Positions 40,242 to 49,924 of a DNA stretch of 64,000 nucleotides are shown here, one piece after another (positions within the stretch are counted from its first letter, which is position 1; the number at the start of each line of letters is the position of its first letter). This stretch comes from Candidatus Latescibacterota bacterium. Lineage in GTDB: Bacteria; Latescibacterota; UBA2968; GCA-2709665. A model generated the notes under the pieces. That model ran no database searches. It saw only the letters and a list, made by a program, of their open reading frames with translations, and was not told the DNA's origin. The position numbers and the translations under genes are program-made. The stretch spans positions 32,001-96,000 of the forward strand of contig CAXXXF010000006.1 of NCBI GenBank assembly GCA_963667175.2, given 5' to 3'.

Positions 40242-41117
40242 CTATATCTCAACAGTCGTAAGCTCGTCAGGACACACGATACAACCGTTATATCCGTTCC
40301 CATGATAGCCTCGGCGGAGCCTGGCGACGGTCTCCTCACCGCGCAGAGAACCGCAGTGGATGACCACGACCCTCGATATGCCGGCTTCATTAGCGATGTC
40401 AACGACCTCCGATATGTCCGCGCTGACGCCCCGGATCGGATGCGAAGCATCTTCGTCATTCTCTTTGAAATTGCGCATAGAGAGCCCGGTAACGAATGTA
40501 TCAACCCGCCTGGCCAATGGCCTCAGTTCGGGACAGTCCGCTGCATCGCACAGGAAGAGTACGCTGCCGCTATCCGTATCGATCCGGTACGCCAGCTCGG
40601 TCAGGTAAGGCTCGACATGAGGAACCTGTACAGCCGTCGCCTTCCAACCTTTGCCCTCGACAACCGCTCCTGAACTGATGTCGGATACATCGACCTTCAT
40701 GCCCGGACGGGGAAGCGTTCCGCCTCTCCCCACGTGCCCGTGGTGGCTGATGTGGTGTTTTCGACGCGCAACGATGTCGGGAAGGAAGGCGCCGTCCTTG
40801 CCAAAAAGGCGATCGACGAATTCGAATGTCGGAGGCGGACCAAAGACTCTGAGCGGAGGAAGATCGCCGGGGTCGAGATCGAACCGTAGCAATGCAAAGC
40901 ACGGGAAATCAACGATATGATCCGAATGATGGTGAGTCAGGAAAATCGAATTCACCTGTGTAGGGCTCATTCCCATGCGTGCCATCTTGTAGGTTGTGCC
41001 GGGGCCGCAATCAACCATGATACGATCGTCACCGATCTCGAGAATGCAGGAACACCCGTAGCGTTCACCCATACGGCTGGGACGAGGACCACCGTTTCCG
41101 AGAATGTGTAGCTTCAT
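40242..41117 (-). CDS. MBL-fold metallo-hydrolase (RNase Z/arylsulfatase-like)
   Basis: MVDCGPG and THHHSDH. Confidence 0.88.
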   Translation of the reverse strand: MKLHILGNGGPRPSRMGERYGCSCILEIGDDRIMVDCGPGTTYKMARMGMSPTQVNSIFLTHHHSDHIVDFPCFALLRFDLDPGDLPPLRVFGPPPTFEFVDRLFGKDGAFLPDIVARRKHHISHHGHVGRGGTLPRPGMKVDVSDISSGAVVEGKGWKATAVQVPHVEPYLTELAYRIDTDSGSVLFLCDAADCPELRPLARRVDTFVTGLSMRNFKENDEDASHPIRGVSADISEVVDIANEAGISRVVVIHCGSLRGEETVARLRRGYHGNGYNGCIVCPDELTTVEI

Positions 41118-41218
41118 TTGGCCGTCACCGGGTAGCCTTTCGCTTATCGTGCACTCATATTGGTCGTCTCGCCGCCAACTCTAGCTTATGACGATCAAGT
41201 CTCCCCGTTTCCCGCCTC

Positions 41219-42559
41219 TCAGCCTGCTTCGCGACGTTGACCCAGACGCAAAGCCCAGGGATCACCCAGCCGGTCAATAACCGCTTTTTCGCTCAAGCCT
41301 GAATGCTTCACCACCCAATTCAATTCCTCCTCGAGTGTGATCTCAAATCCGCCAGGATCGTCCGTGCAGATCGCAAGATCCACCTCTGATTCAAGGAATC
41401 TGTGAATCGGGTGGGCGCCGGAGTGCGGGATGCCACCGATACGAAGATTTGAGGTCGGGCAGCACTCGATCGCCGTTTCCAACCGTGTCAATTCGTCGAG
41501 GACGTACTCCTGGCGTGCGTGAATATTGGAGATTCTCGTGCTGTCATAGTGTGAGCGTACGACATCACCAGGATCCATCGCTTCCAGACAACGTCTCTCC
41601 GATTTCAGTTCGTTTTCTTTCACGACAACACCGTATTCGGACAGTTCTTCGGCTCTCTCCAGGTCATACGCAATCTGATCGAGACGTTCCTCTACCGATT
41701 CCTGTTCGTGCGCTCCAGGGCGCCTTGCAAGTGCTGTACGAGCGTCCAGGCCCAAAGCGATCGCGTGACCCAATCTTCTGACGCCCAATTCGGCGACTTC
41801 GTGACACCACCGGATTGCGCTCTCAAGCGACTTGTCGAAGTATTGTTCGCCAACGTGATATACGACATCAAGAGCCTGATCCGGTCGGGCTTCATTGTCA
41901 GTCTCCAACTGAGTCAACAATCGGGCCACATGCTTCGGTGGATTCCCTTCCTCGACGCTCGCGAAATCAACTCCCACGAGTGTTTCCACGAGCTCCGGAT
42001 GTTTTTCGAGTAAATCCCGGGTGAGTTTATAAGCATCCTCGGCAGCATGGCGCGGTATGCTCACAATGTACCTGGCCGTAAACGATGCGTCGCGGGCCGC
42101 CTGAAGAGCCCTGGCACAGAAGGGATGCCAGAACATAAACCCGTCCATTCCGCTGCCGCAGCGATATTCGACGTAGCGATAGCCTTCCCTCTTGTGGCGA
42201 GCGAGCATGTGCCGAAGGAGATCACCCTCACGATCAAGCTCACGGAGATGACTCCACACTCGCAAAAAGAACCCGTTCTTCGCCTCCCACCTCCCAAAAT
42301 CCCCTCCGTCCTCGACCGTGTACACGTAAGCTCGCCGGAGTTCTTCAAGTCCCGCAGCATCCTCTACAGCTCGATCGAATATTCCAATCGGATCTAATGA
42401 AGTCTCGTACAGCTCATTATAGCGGTCTACAAAGCCTTCCTCGTTCCAATTGACACCTCTGTAGACGTCCTTCCCGAGATCAAAAAAGTCCTGCGTCGTG
42501 TATGCACCCAGTATGTGAAGATGTAGATCTGTTGTGCTCAGATCCCTCAACGAGGGCAT
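41219..42559 (-). CDS. Adenosine deaminase-like amidohydrolase
   Basis: DLHLH, HVGE, RLGHA, CPTSN and CTDDP. Confidence 0.85.
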   Translation of the reverse strand: MPSLRDLSTTDLHLHILGAYTTQDFFDLGKDVYRGVNWNEEGFVDRYNELYETSLDPIGIFDRAVEDAAGLEELRRAYVYTVEDGGDFGRWEAKNGFFLRVWSHLRELDREGDLLRHMLARHKREGYRYVEYRCGSGMDGFMFWHPFCARALQAARDASFTARYIVSIPRHAAEDAYKLTRDLLEKHPELVETLVGVDFASVEEGNPPKHVARLLTQLETDNEARPDQALDVVYHVGEQYFDKSLESAIRWCHEVAELGVRRLGHAIALGLDARTALARRPGAHEQESVEERLDQIAYDLERAEELSEYGVVVKENELKSERRCLEAMDPGDVVRSHYDSTRISNIHARQEYVLDELTRLETAIECCPTSNLRIGGIPHSGAHPIHRFLESEVDLAICTDDPGGFEITLEEELNWVVKHSGLSEKAVIDRLGDPWALRLGQRREAG

Positions 42560-42669
42560 CAGGTGCCTTTCTGAAAGCCAAAGGAATCGTGTGGCTCGTC
42601 GCGAATCGGGCGAATTACTGTGTTCGCTAATGTTCAAGCATTGTAGACGCTTGCCGTCCCCAAGGGTTG

Positions 42670-42774
42670 GTGCGACGCTTGCGCATTTCAGCAAGCGGCA
42701 TGACAAAGGCAAGTGTGCCGCAGGCCAAGCGCCGATCGAAGGGAAGCCGCGCTGCTGCCATGCCGTTGTTAGTT
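42670..42774 (-). repeat. attC-like site (degenerate)
   Basis: cggcatg/catgccg arms and gttgttag end containing the upstream gene's TAA. Confidence 0.55.
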
Positions 42775-43647
42775 GCCGTTGCGATCTTGGGTCAGAAATG
42801 AGTGCACGACCCTGAAATACTCATCAGGCTGATCAACCCAAGTCATATGACCACACCGATTGAGGAAGACGATCTCAGACTGCGGAATCCGGTCCTTAAT
42901 CATATATGCCTGAGTGATTGGCTCGTAGTCTTGATACCCGTACACTACCAGGGTTGGCGCCGTGATCTCTTCGGCCTCAGCAAGCTGCATTTTGCGCTCG
43001 AAGTTCGCAGCGTCTCTCATAATCCGTCGGTATCCACCAGCCTGAAGGTACGTATCAACGAAGCTATCAACGTGCTCTCTTGAATAGAACATCGCGGGAG
43101 CCCACGCCCTGAATAGTGCTTCATCAACATCTCTGGGTACTCCCGATTGACTCTTTCGACCGGCTTCAAAGTCACGTCTTAGTTTTTCAAACTCATCAGC
43201 TGAAACCGGATAGGCCATTCGATCTCGATTGGCTCTATAATATTCACTCATCTCAGCGCTTAGGGGCCCTGGCCCTACCAGAACCAGGTGTGAAAGCCTC
43301 TCGGGATGGCGTTGGGCATATAACAGACCAAGTGCACTGCCCCAGGAGTGACCAAGAAGCGCCATCTTATCCAGTTGCAAATGGTCTCGAAGGACCTCGA
43401 GGTCCTCTACGAAGTTCCAGATGTCCATTGTTTCGTCGTCCAACTCAGGAACAGTTGATTCTCCTGACCCACGTTGGTCGTACAAAACACATCTGTACTT
43501 CTGCGCGAATAGCTGGCCCATTGGCCGGTAAAGCAAATGGTCGACGCTACCGTGAAGGCACACCAAAGTCATACTTTCGCCTACCTCAAACCAGGCCATC
43601 TGATGGCCGTTCGCGCTCAAGACATGTGCCTTCCAATCCGGTCGCAT
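42769..43647 (-). CDS. Alpha/beta hydrolase (proline iminopeptidase-like)
   Basis: YDQRGSGES, GHSWG and CGH. Confidence 0.9.
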   Translation of the reverse strand: MRPDWKAHVLSANGHQMAWFEVGESMTLVCLHGSVDHLLYRPMGQLFAQKYRCVLYDQRGSGESTVPELDDETMDIWNFVEDLEVLRDHLQLDKMALLGHSWGSALGLLYAQRHPERLSHLVLVGPGPLSAEMSEYYRANRDRMAYPVSADEFEKLRRDFEAGRKSQSGVPRDVDEALFRAWAPAMFYSREHVDSFVDTYLQAGGYRRIMRDAANFERKMQLAEAEEITAPTLVVYGYQDYEPITQAYMIKDRIPQSEIVFLNRCGHMTWVDQPDEYFRVVHSFLTQDRNGN

Positions 43648-43743
43648 GATCCGTCCTTTGCGGCGAGTTACGGGAGGGTTTCCCTCGCTTCCTCCACCCC
43701 GTTCAGGGGGTAACATAAAGGGCACAATATAGCCAGTGTTTAT

Positions 43744-44625
43744 TTAGGACGTGGCTCTTGAAGTCTCCGAGACCTCATTTTTTCCAATCGTGCCTATCGA
43801 ACCAAGCATCGCGCCGATCATCACCAGAAGGGCGCCTACCAGACTGAGGCTGTTGAGTCCTTCTGGATTTAGGATGTCCGGAAGCATCGGGGCGAAAAAG
43901 GCCATACCTGCTACTGTGATAAGGGGCGTCGTGGCAAGGACAACGCCGACTCTAGATGCCTCGATGTGGTCAAGTGCTTCTGCAAAACTCAGATAGGATA
44001 TGAGTGTGATCAAGGCGCAAAGAGTAAGCAACGCAGATTGGAACCGATTCAATTGGAACAACTCAGTGGGGTGGGAAAATGGTAAAAAGATCAGTGAGCC
44101 TGCCAGATAGACGAGAAACATAATTGATTGCGAGGGAATAGACTTCAGCAATTGCTTCTGACATAAGGCGTATACGGCCCAGGATGCTGCGGCAGCAATC
44201 GTGATCAGAATCCCGGGTAACAGTGAACCAGCACCAGAGAGGATTTCTGAATACCGCTGATTAAAAAACAAAATCAATCCGATAATCAATGTGATGAGTC
44301 CAAGACCTTGTAACTTGCTGAATGATTCCCGAAAGATGGCAAGACTGCCTATCAACAAGAACATGGGCGCTACTTGAATGACGACCTGAACCGTGCTGGG
44401 TGAAACATACTCCAATCCCCATAGGTAGAGCGCAAAGTTTCCACACAATCCTGAAACTGCAAGAAACAAAAATAGAAGCTTGAAACCTCGGAGTCTAAAA
44501 GCTTGAGATAGCCCATTTTTGCAGGCAACGACTATTGCCAATAATATTGTAGCTACGCCGAAGCGAAACCATGTAATCGTAATCACATCCAGACTGCTCA
44601 ACAAGCCCTTCAGGACAATGGGCAA
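43744..44625 (-). CDS. DMT/EamA family transporter, probably 5'-truncated
   Basis: Multiple TM segments with an EamA pattern; frame closed just upstream, so the first helix appears missing. Confidence 0.8.
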   Translation of the reverse strand: MPIVLKGLLSSLDVITITWFRFGVATILLAIVVACKNGLSQAFRLRGFKLLFLFLAVSGLCGNFALYLWGLEYVSPSTVQVVIQVAPMFLLIGSLAIFRESFSKLQGLGLITLIIGLILFFNQRYSEILSGAGSLLPGILITIAAAASWAVYALCQKQLLKSIPSQSIMFLVYLAGSLIFLPFSHPTELFQLNRFQSALLTLCALITLISYLSFAEALDHIEASRVGVVLATTPLITVAGMAFFAPMLPDILNPEGLNSLSLVGALLVMIGAMLGSIGTIGKNEVSETSRATS

Positions 44626-44640
44626 TACTCCGAATCACAC

Positions 44641-44960
44641 CTGTCCAAAATCGGTTTCAGTCTTGGACAGCATCTGGTTCACTTCCGCGAAGCAATCCCT
44701 CGACCAAGATTGCCTGAGATTCACAAAGTGCTTATTTCACGGGCTTATTGAGACGGAAACAGCACAATTATGGCCGCTGGAAACGTCACCTTGTTCTTGG
44801 ACAGCATTGCGCAGACGATGGCAAACCTGGTTTTCATTATCCGGGTCAAACCCGTCCAAAATCGCCTATTGTAGCCATTTTTCGAACCTTATCTCTGGGA
44901 ATCCGACGGTTCTTGGACAGCAGTGACTCCGAATAGAAGTGCTGTCAAGATGGACAGCAT
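44641..44960. repeat. Cluster of TTGGACAG-type motifs in both orientations
   Basis: TCTTGGACAGCA at 44661, 44795 and 44911; GTCCAAAATCG at 44643 and 44854. Confidence 0.7.
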
Positions 44961-45163
44961 TAATCCAACTTGCCAGTGACCGGTAGGTGTATGGATATTC
45001 ATTCAACGGTTCTGATTTGGGGTCATTGAGTTCTGTGCCCTATTTGCCAACGAGGGGTGGTTGGGTTCGTGCGCTACATTCCTGCATCGTCGTCACGGAT
45101 TTCGAGCTCGCAAAGAGAGTCACCGAAGGCCAAGGCGTCGTAGCAACCAGCCTTGGCTTCCAT

Positions 45164-45670
45164 CTACGTTATTGTTCCCTGAATCCGAATTGTACCTTCC
45201 AACAGAATCTCCGCGTGCTCGTCCTTCCGCTCGGTCTGCCAGTATCTTCGCGCCCTCTCAAACATCGATGCAAGGGTTTCAGACTCTTCGAAGTAACTTA
45301 TCAGATTCATGTCCGCAGCGAACGCGCGCGAACAATTAAGAATCTCGACATCATATAGTTCGCACGCTTCCCTGTGGGAGTCGAATCGTCTGGCAGCACT
45401 CGCTTCCGGCCAGAGAAAGAGGCAGTCAAACCGACTTGGCCTCTGGGGAAATTCCCGTAGACGAACAGTCTCCCACGCGAGTTCCATCATCACACGACCT
45501 GTCTCGGCGGCATTTGGAACCGTTATCGCAAGGGAGTCCGTTTGGAGTTCGATAAGGATCTGACGCATCAAATGGGTCTGAAAGTCTCCAGGTCTTACAA
45601 CGGCTCCGGAGCGAAGGCCGGATTTCGCCGACCAAAACAGGTGAGTTCCTTGACCAATATCACGAGACAT
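45164..45670 (-). CDS. DUF2441-like protein
   Basis: WETVRLREFPQRPSRFDCLF...ARRYW...EILLEG pattern. Confidence 0.6.
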   Translation of the reverse strand: MSRDIGQGTHLFWSAKSGLRSGAVVRPGDFQTHLMRQILIELQTDSLAITVPNAAETGRVMMELAWETVRLREFPQRPSRFDCLFLWPEASAARRFDSHREACELYDVEILNCSRAFAADMNLISYFEESETLASMFERARRYWQTERKDEHAEILLEGTIRIQGTIT

Positions 45671-45766
45671 TGATCAGGACTTCGCCCACTCGACAACAGT
45701 TTGCAGGTTGTTTTTTTGGCTCGTCACGGGTTTGTCTTGCTCCAAAACAGGACAGACGGCCCTTGC

Positions 45767-45810
45767 GTGAAACGTCCCGGTCACTTGCGAACTTGCCCGC
45801 ACGCAGTTAC
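45767..45810 (-). repeat. attC-like half site
   Basis: gtgaaacgtcccggtcacttgcgaac; right arm missing. Confidence 0.5.
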
Positions 45811-45841
45811 GTTTCCCCTTACAGCGGGAAGTCCGCATCGT

Positions 45842-46654
45842 TTATGTTCGATACTGCAAAAGCAGCTCTTCACACAATTCATCCTTCTCGGCGGGTCGAT
45901 GTTTGCGTGCAACGCCCCAGAAGTGTTTAACCATCTTAGAGGATAGAATAAAGTCCAACCCATGGGTCTTCATGACTTGAGTCGCCAGTCCCAGCGTGTT
46001 GTAGACTTTTCCATCTCCGCTTTCCTCAAAGTCGACACATGAGAACCCGATTTCACGAGCCGTCAGCAGGAAAACTTCCGTGTTCCTGATCAGACAGCAC
46101 GATGGATGCATACGGTCACCCAGGACGGCGGGCATGGGAAGGTGCTCAAGTGCTTTTCCTGGCCGGACGTCTTCAACATCGTCCTCCATCATGATATTGA
46201 TGAACTTTTCCGCCCCTCCTTCGTCAAGAGAACCCCACGGCACCTCAGTTTCCCCGTCTTCGGTGAATCTTGCCTGAATAGCCCAAACGTCGTTTGCGGC
46301 GCCGGCCAACTCGCTTGCCATCGTTGTCACGGTCTCATCCTGGACAAAGACAATATCCGCGTCCAAAAAGAGGAAATAATCGCAGTCCTGATGCGAAAGA
46401 ACAAAGTCACGGAGATTCTCGCCGTGATTGTTGCCGGGGGTGTCGCGGTCCCACTTTGTTTGCACGATTGGGACCTTCATGTCCTTAGCGAGAGACGTCA
46501 GATGCCGCATCTCATCGATTGAATTGTTGTCAAGAATCGTCAGGCGGATCCCCTCAAGATCGCTGTGTGTCGCATACAGCGATCTCAGCAAGAGCTCAAC
46601 AAAACAGGATGTGTCCTGGTTGATGGTGACTGCCTCGATTTGGCGTGTAGACAT
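45842..46654 (-). CDS. Glycosyltransferase family 2-like protein
   Basis: ILDNNSID and YFLFLDADI (DxD). Confidence 0.78.
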   Translation of the reverse strand: MSTRQIEAVTINQDTSCFVELLLRSLYATHSDLEGIRLTILDNNSIDEMRHLTSLAKDMKVPIVQTKWDRDTPGNNHGENLRDFVLSHQDCDYFLFLDADIVFVQDETVTTMASELAGAANDVWAIQARFTEDGETEVPWGSLDEGGAEKFINIMMEDDVEDVRPGKALEHLPMPAVLGDRMHPSCCLIRNTEVFLLTAREIGFSCVDFEESGDGKVYNTLGLATQVMKTHGLDFILSSKMVKHFWGVARKHRPAEKDELCEELLLQYRT

Positions 46655-46902
46655 ATGATGTGTCCAGTCTGAGCCGGGCACGGACGTGTTCCAGGAAGTG
46701 CCAGACCTGTTCCCTTACCGCAGCAATCTCAATTCCGCGCACATCCTCATCCGATCTCAAGGAAGGTTTTGACAGGGATCTCTGCGAAGCGTCGGGCGGC
46801 CTCTTCCAGAACGTCCACCTCCCGCGGAATAACACGGAAAGAGAACGAGATCTCGTAAACCTCGGGGAGTTGGTAGATGCTGTTCAAGGTTCTGCCCCAG
46901 CA

Positions 46903-47553
46903 CTAAGTCTGCATCAGTTCATGGATCAGCGGCGGGACCTGGCGGATATCGGTCAGTTGCCGGAATGCGCCGGTGAAGTCCAGGCCGCGCGTCAGCCCCT
47001 GCGGTATGACGATGCAGCGCAGCCCTGCCGCCAGTGCGGCGCGCAGCCCGCGGTCCGAGTCTTCGACTACGACGCACTCGGCGGCGCTGAGGCCGTTTTG
47101 CCGCATGGCCGTGAGGTAGGGCTCGGGATCGGGCTTGGAATTCCGGTATTCTTCGCGCACGAGCGTAAAATCGATGCAGTCCAGCAGGCCGGTGCCGGCG
47201 TGGATGATCTCAAAGTGCTCCCGCCGCGAACTGGTGACGATGCCCATGCGCACCGTGCCGTGGAGTTCGCGCAGCACCTGGCGGGCGCCGTCGATGACGG
47301 GTACGCCGGCGCGCAAGAGTTCGGTGTAGCGGGCGTTTCGCCTGATGCGGGCAGGTTCCAGCGCCTGTTCGTCTATGCCGTGTTCGGCGCCGACCGTGTT
47401 AAAGCCGCCGCTGGCCTTGAGGAAGAACTCGATGAAACGGGCTTCGCTCAGGCGCACGCCGAGGGGTTCCAGGGTTTCGCGGCAGGCCTGGTAGTACAGG
47501 CCTTCGGTGTCGACCAGGACGCCGTCGTTGTCCCAGAGAATGGCTTTCAGCAT
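46903..47553 (-). CDS. HAD family phosphatase
   Basis: WDNDGVLVDTE, KPDPEPY and VEDS. Confidence 0.92.
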   Translation of the reverse strand: MLKAILWDNDGVLVDTEGLYYQACRETLEPLGVRLSEARFIEFFLKASGGFNTVGAEHGIDEQALEPARIRRNARYTELLRAGVPVIDGARQVLRELHGTVRMGIVTSSRREHFEIIHAGTGLLDCIDFTLVREEYRNSKPDPEPYLTAMRQNGLSAAECVVVEDSDRGLRAALAAGLRCIVIPQGLTRGLDFTGAFRQLTDIRQVPPLIHELMQT

Positions 47554-47645
47554 AGCGCCTTATATCCTTTCCACTGCGCGGAAGTCGAAGCAGGCCATCG
47601 TTCGCGCCCGCGGCAAACCCTTCCGCAACGAGTCGAAGATCCTGC

Positions 47646-48959
47646 TCATATCCGGCCCTCTTCGGGTACCTCGCGCCCGCCGTCCCAGAAGCCTGGCTTG
47701 TCGGTCGCCGACGGCCAGTACCCTTCGGCGTCTTCATCCCACTGGTTTCCGCACATCGACGAGATGACGGTCCATTCCGCGGCCCCGAAATCCGGCTCGG
47801 GATGGTACAGGAAGCGCTTCAACCCCGCCTCCCGCGAAGCATTCAGGATGCCGTAGAGATCGCGCGCCTGCATCGGGTCGCCGCCGTGGGGACGGCGCCC
47901 GGTGGACACCCAGGCGATCACCTTGTCGGGATCACCTACGGCCGCCAGGGCCCGCCGGGTCTCGTTGTAGACCACCCTGGAGAAGAATTCGTCGGGGAAA
48001 CCCATCTCCATGTCCATCAGCGAGTTGACGCCGGGCAGCTCGATGCCCAACAGCGCCTTCACGACGGCGAAACACTCCGCCTCGCTCAGGGACGGGTTCC
48101 ACTTTCGCAACCGTCTTACCCAGCGGGATATGGTTCCGTACATGCCGTCCATGCCGCGGTGCCAATAATAGTGTTTCGGAAAGATATAGTCGAAGTACTC
48201 CGCCATCTGACAGTAATTCTGTCCGGTGAGCGATGACCACGCCGGGGCCCGCGGGATACCGCCCAGCTCCACCTTGCGATCGACGGCGTCGACCTGTTGC
48301 CGCATGTACTGCCAGTCGAAGCGAGAGCGCTCCTGCCGCTTGCGCAGCCAGTAGAGCACGTCCTCGTTGACGTCGAACAGGAGCATTGCCCCCAGCATCC
48401 CCCCGTCGGCGTGGTACCGCACCATATCCGGCGTCAGATTGTGCAGACGCTCCCGAAAGTGGGTGATGCCGCGCTGGATTCGATCCATCTCGGCGCCGAC
48501 CTGGGCGAAGCGGGCCTCCTCGCCCGGACGGATCTCCAGGAGCTCGCCCCCATGGTGGAATGCCAACTCGTAGTGGTTTTCGCCCGGACCGTCGACAATG
48601 ACGCCGTGCACCTGCGGAAAGGCGTTCATCTGGTCCTGCACGTGGGCGGTCGGGCCGCCTCCGGCGAATATCAGTATTCGCCAGCCTCGTTCCGCGGCGT
48701 TGTCCAGCATTGCGTGCAGCTTCTTCTCTTTTGAGACGTCGCGCGGACGTTGCTCCGGGACTTCCGCCCCCAGGGCCTCGTACACCTTCGGGTCGGGCGC
48801 CCACGCCGGAATGGTGGTTCCACCGTCCTGGAGGAACGTCATGCGGCCGACGGCCAGACCGCGCACGCCGCCATCCTCCCAGGCGTCGAACCGCTCCTCG
48901 AACCCTTCGAGCCAGTGTTCGAACGGGCTGTCACTGCAGGTGAATACCCAGAGTTTCAT
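47646..48959 (-). CDS. Hypothetical protein (possible TIM barrel)
   Basis: 437 aa GC-rich ORF with AAGGAGG RBS. Confidence 0.75.
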   Translation of the reverse strand: MKLWVFTCSDSPFEHWLEGFEERFDAWEDGGVRGLAVGRMTFLQDGGTTIPAWAPDPKVYEALGAEVPEQRPRDVSKEKKLHAMLDNAAERGWRILIFAGGGPTAHVQDQMNAFPQVHGVIVDGPGENHYELAFHHGGELLEIRPGEEARFAQVGAEMDRIQRGITHFRERLHNLTPDMVRYHADGGMLGAMLLFDVNEDVLYWLRKRQERSRFDWQYMRQQVDAVDRKVELGGIPRAPAWSSLTGQNYCQMAEYFDYIFPKHYYWHRGMDGMYGTISRWVRRLRKWNPSLSEAECFAVVKALLGIELPGVNSLMDMEMGFPDEFFSRVVYNETRRALAAVGDPDKVIAWVSTGRRPHGGDPMQARDLYGILNASREAGLKRFLYHPEPDFGAAEWTVISSMCGNQWDEDAEGYWPSATDKPGFWDGGREVPEEGRI

Positions 48960-49118
48960 TATTCCCTCCTTTGGGGTGGCAGGGACGATTCACGTTCACG
49001 TTCCCGCCGTGCGCGAATCGCGAATGCGCGAAGGCGCGGCAGTACGCAAGCCGGGCACGGGCGTGTCATATGATTTGCCAGCCTCGGATTCTGTGGGGCC
49101 TCTCAGGCACCGGGAGAT

Positions 49119-49907
49119 TTAAACTCTGGTCTCCACGAGTGCTCCTACATCGTCGTCGCCGAACAGCCATCCAGTGTCATCGTTTCCAAAGCGCTCGTTG
49201 ATCTCGTGCGCGTTGGGAAGCAATGCGTAGGTTTCCGGCGTATTTATCTTCGACCTGCGAGGGTCAAGGTGGAGGGCAAGCTTGTCAACATCAGGCGACT
49301 CAAGCCCCAGAAAGTTGAAGATACCTTTGGCAACGACGCGACTCTTCTTGATGTCTTCAGTGTAAAGCTCCTCATAGAACACCTTCAAGGTACTGCCTCG
49401 CGGGCGCTGCTCTATCACGTTACTGTAATAGTCTCTGAGTTCCGTCGCGTATTCGAGACCGTCCGCGATCTTCTTCAAGGAGACTGGCTTCAGATTCCGG
49501 TAGATTCGCCTGGTTTCCTCATTCAAGTCCGACATCTGCCAGACTTTCGTTTGTTCGGCGATGCATCCGGAGACTTCGGCTCGCAGCAAATTAGCCCTTT
49601 GCAGGAAGAGGACTGTGGCGTCAGCAGAAAGCAACAGATGGGTGTATAACTCTTTTGGAAGTTGGTAGCTGAGGATCTTTATCCCGTTGTACCTGGCGAA
49701 GAGATCGTCAAGGGCTTTCTCAAGCGACGGAACGTCCTCAATGAAATCCACGTAGTTCGTCTCACCCGGGTTTTCCCTCGCATATCCATGCCAAAAGGGC
49801 TCGAGAGCGAAATTCAATCGAGGATGTGTCTGAAGAACACGATACAGCGTCGTACTTCCGCTTCGGCCGTGCGCAAAGAGAACAGTTCGTGTGGGAGGAC
49901 TTTCCAT
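49119..49907 (-). CDS. Sulfotransferase-like (Stf0-like) protein
   Basis: HGRSGSTTL PAPS-binding loop, LQRANLLR and VFYEEL. Confidence 0.75.
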   Translation of the reverse strand: MESPPTRTVLFAHGRSGSTTLYRVLQTHPRLNFALEPFWHGYARENPGETNYVDFIEDVPSLEKALDDLFARYNGIKILSYQLPKELYTHLLLSADATVLFLQRANLLRAEVSGCIAEQTKVWQMSDLNEETRRIYRNLKPVSLKKIADGLEYATELRDYYSNVIEQRPRGSTLKVFYEELYTEDIKKSRVVAKGIFNFLGLESPDVDKLALHLDPRRSKINTPETYALLPNAHEINERFGNDDTGWLFGDDDVGALVETRV

Positions 49908-49924
49908 CAAAGTCTCTGCCTGGT

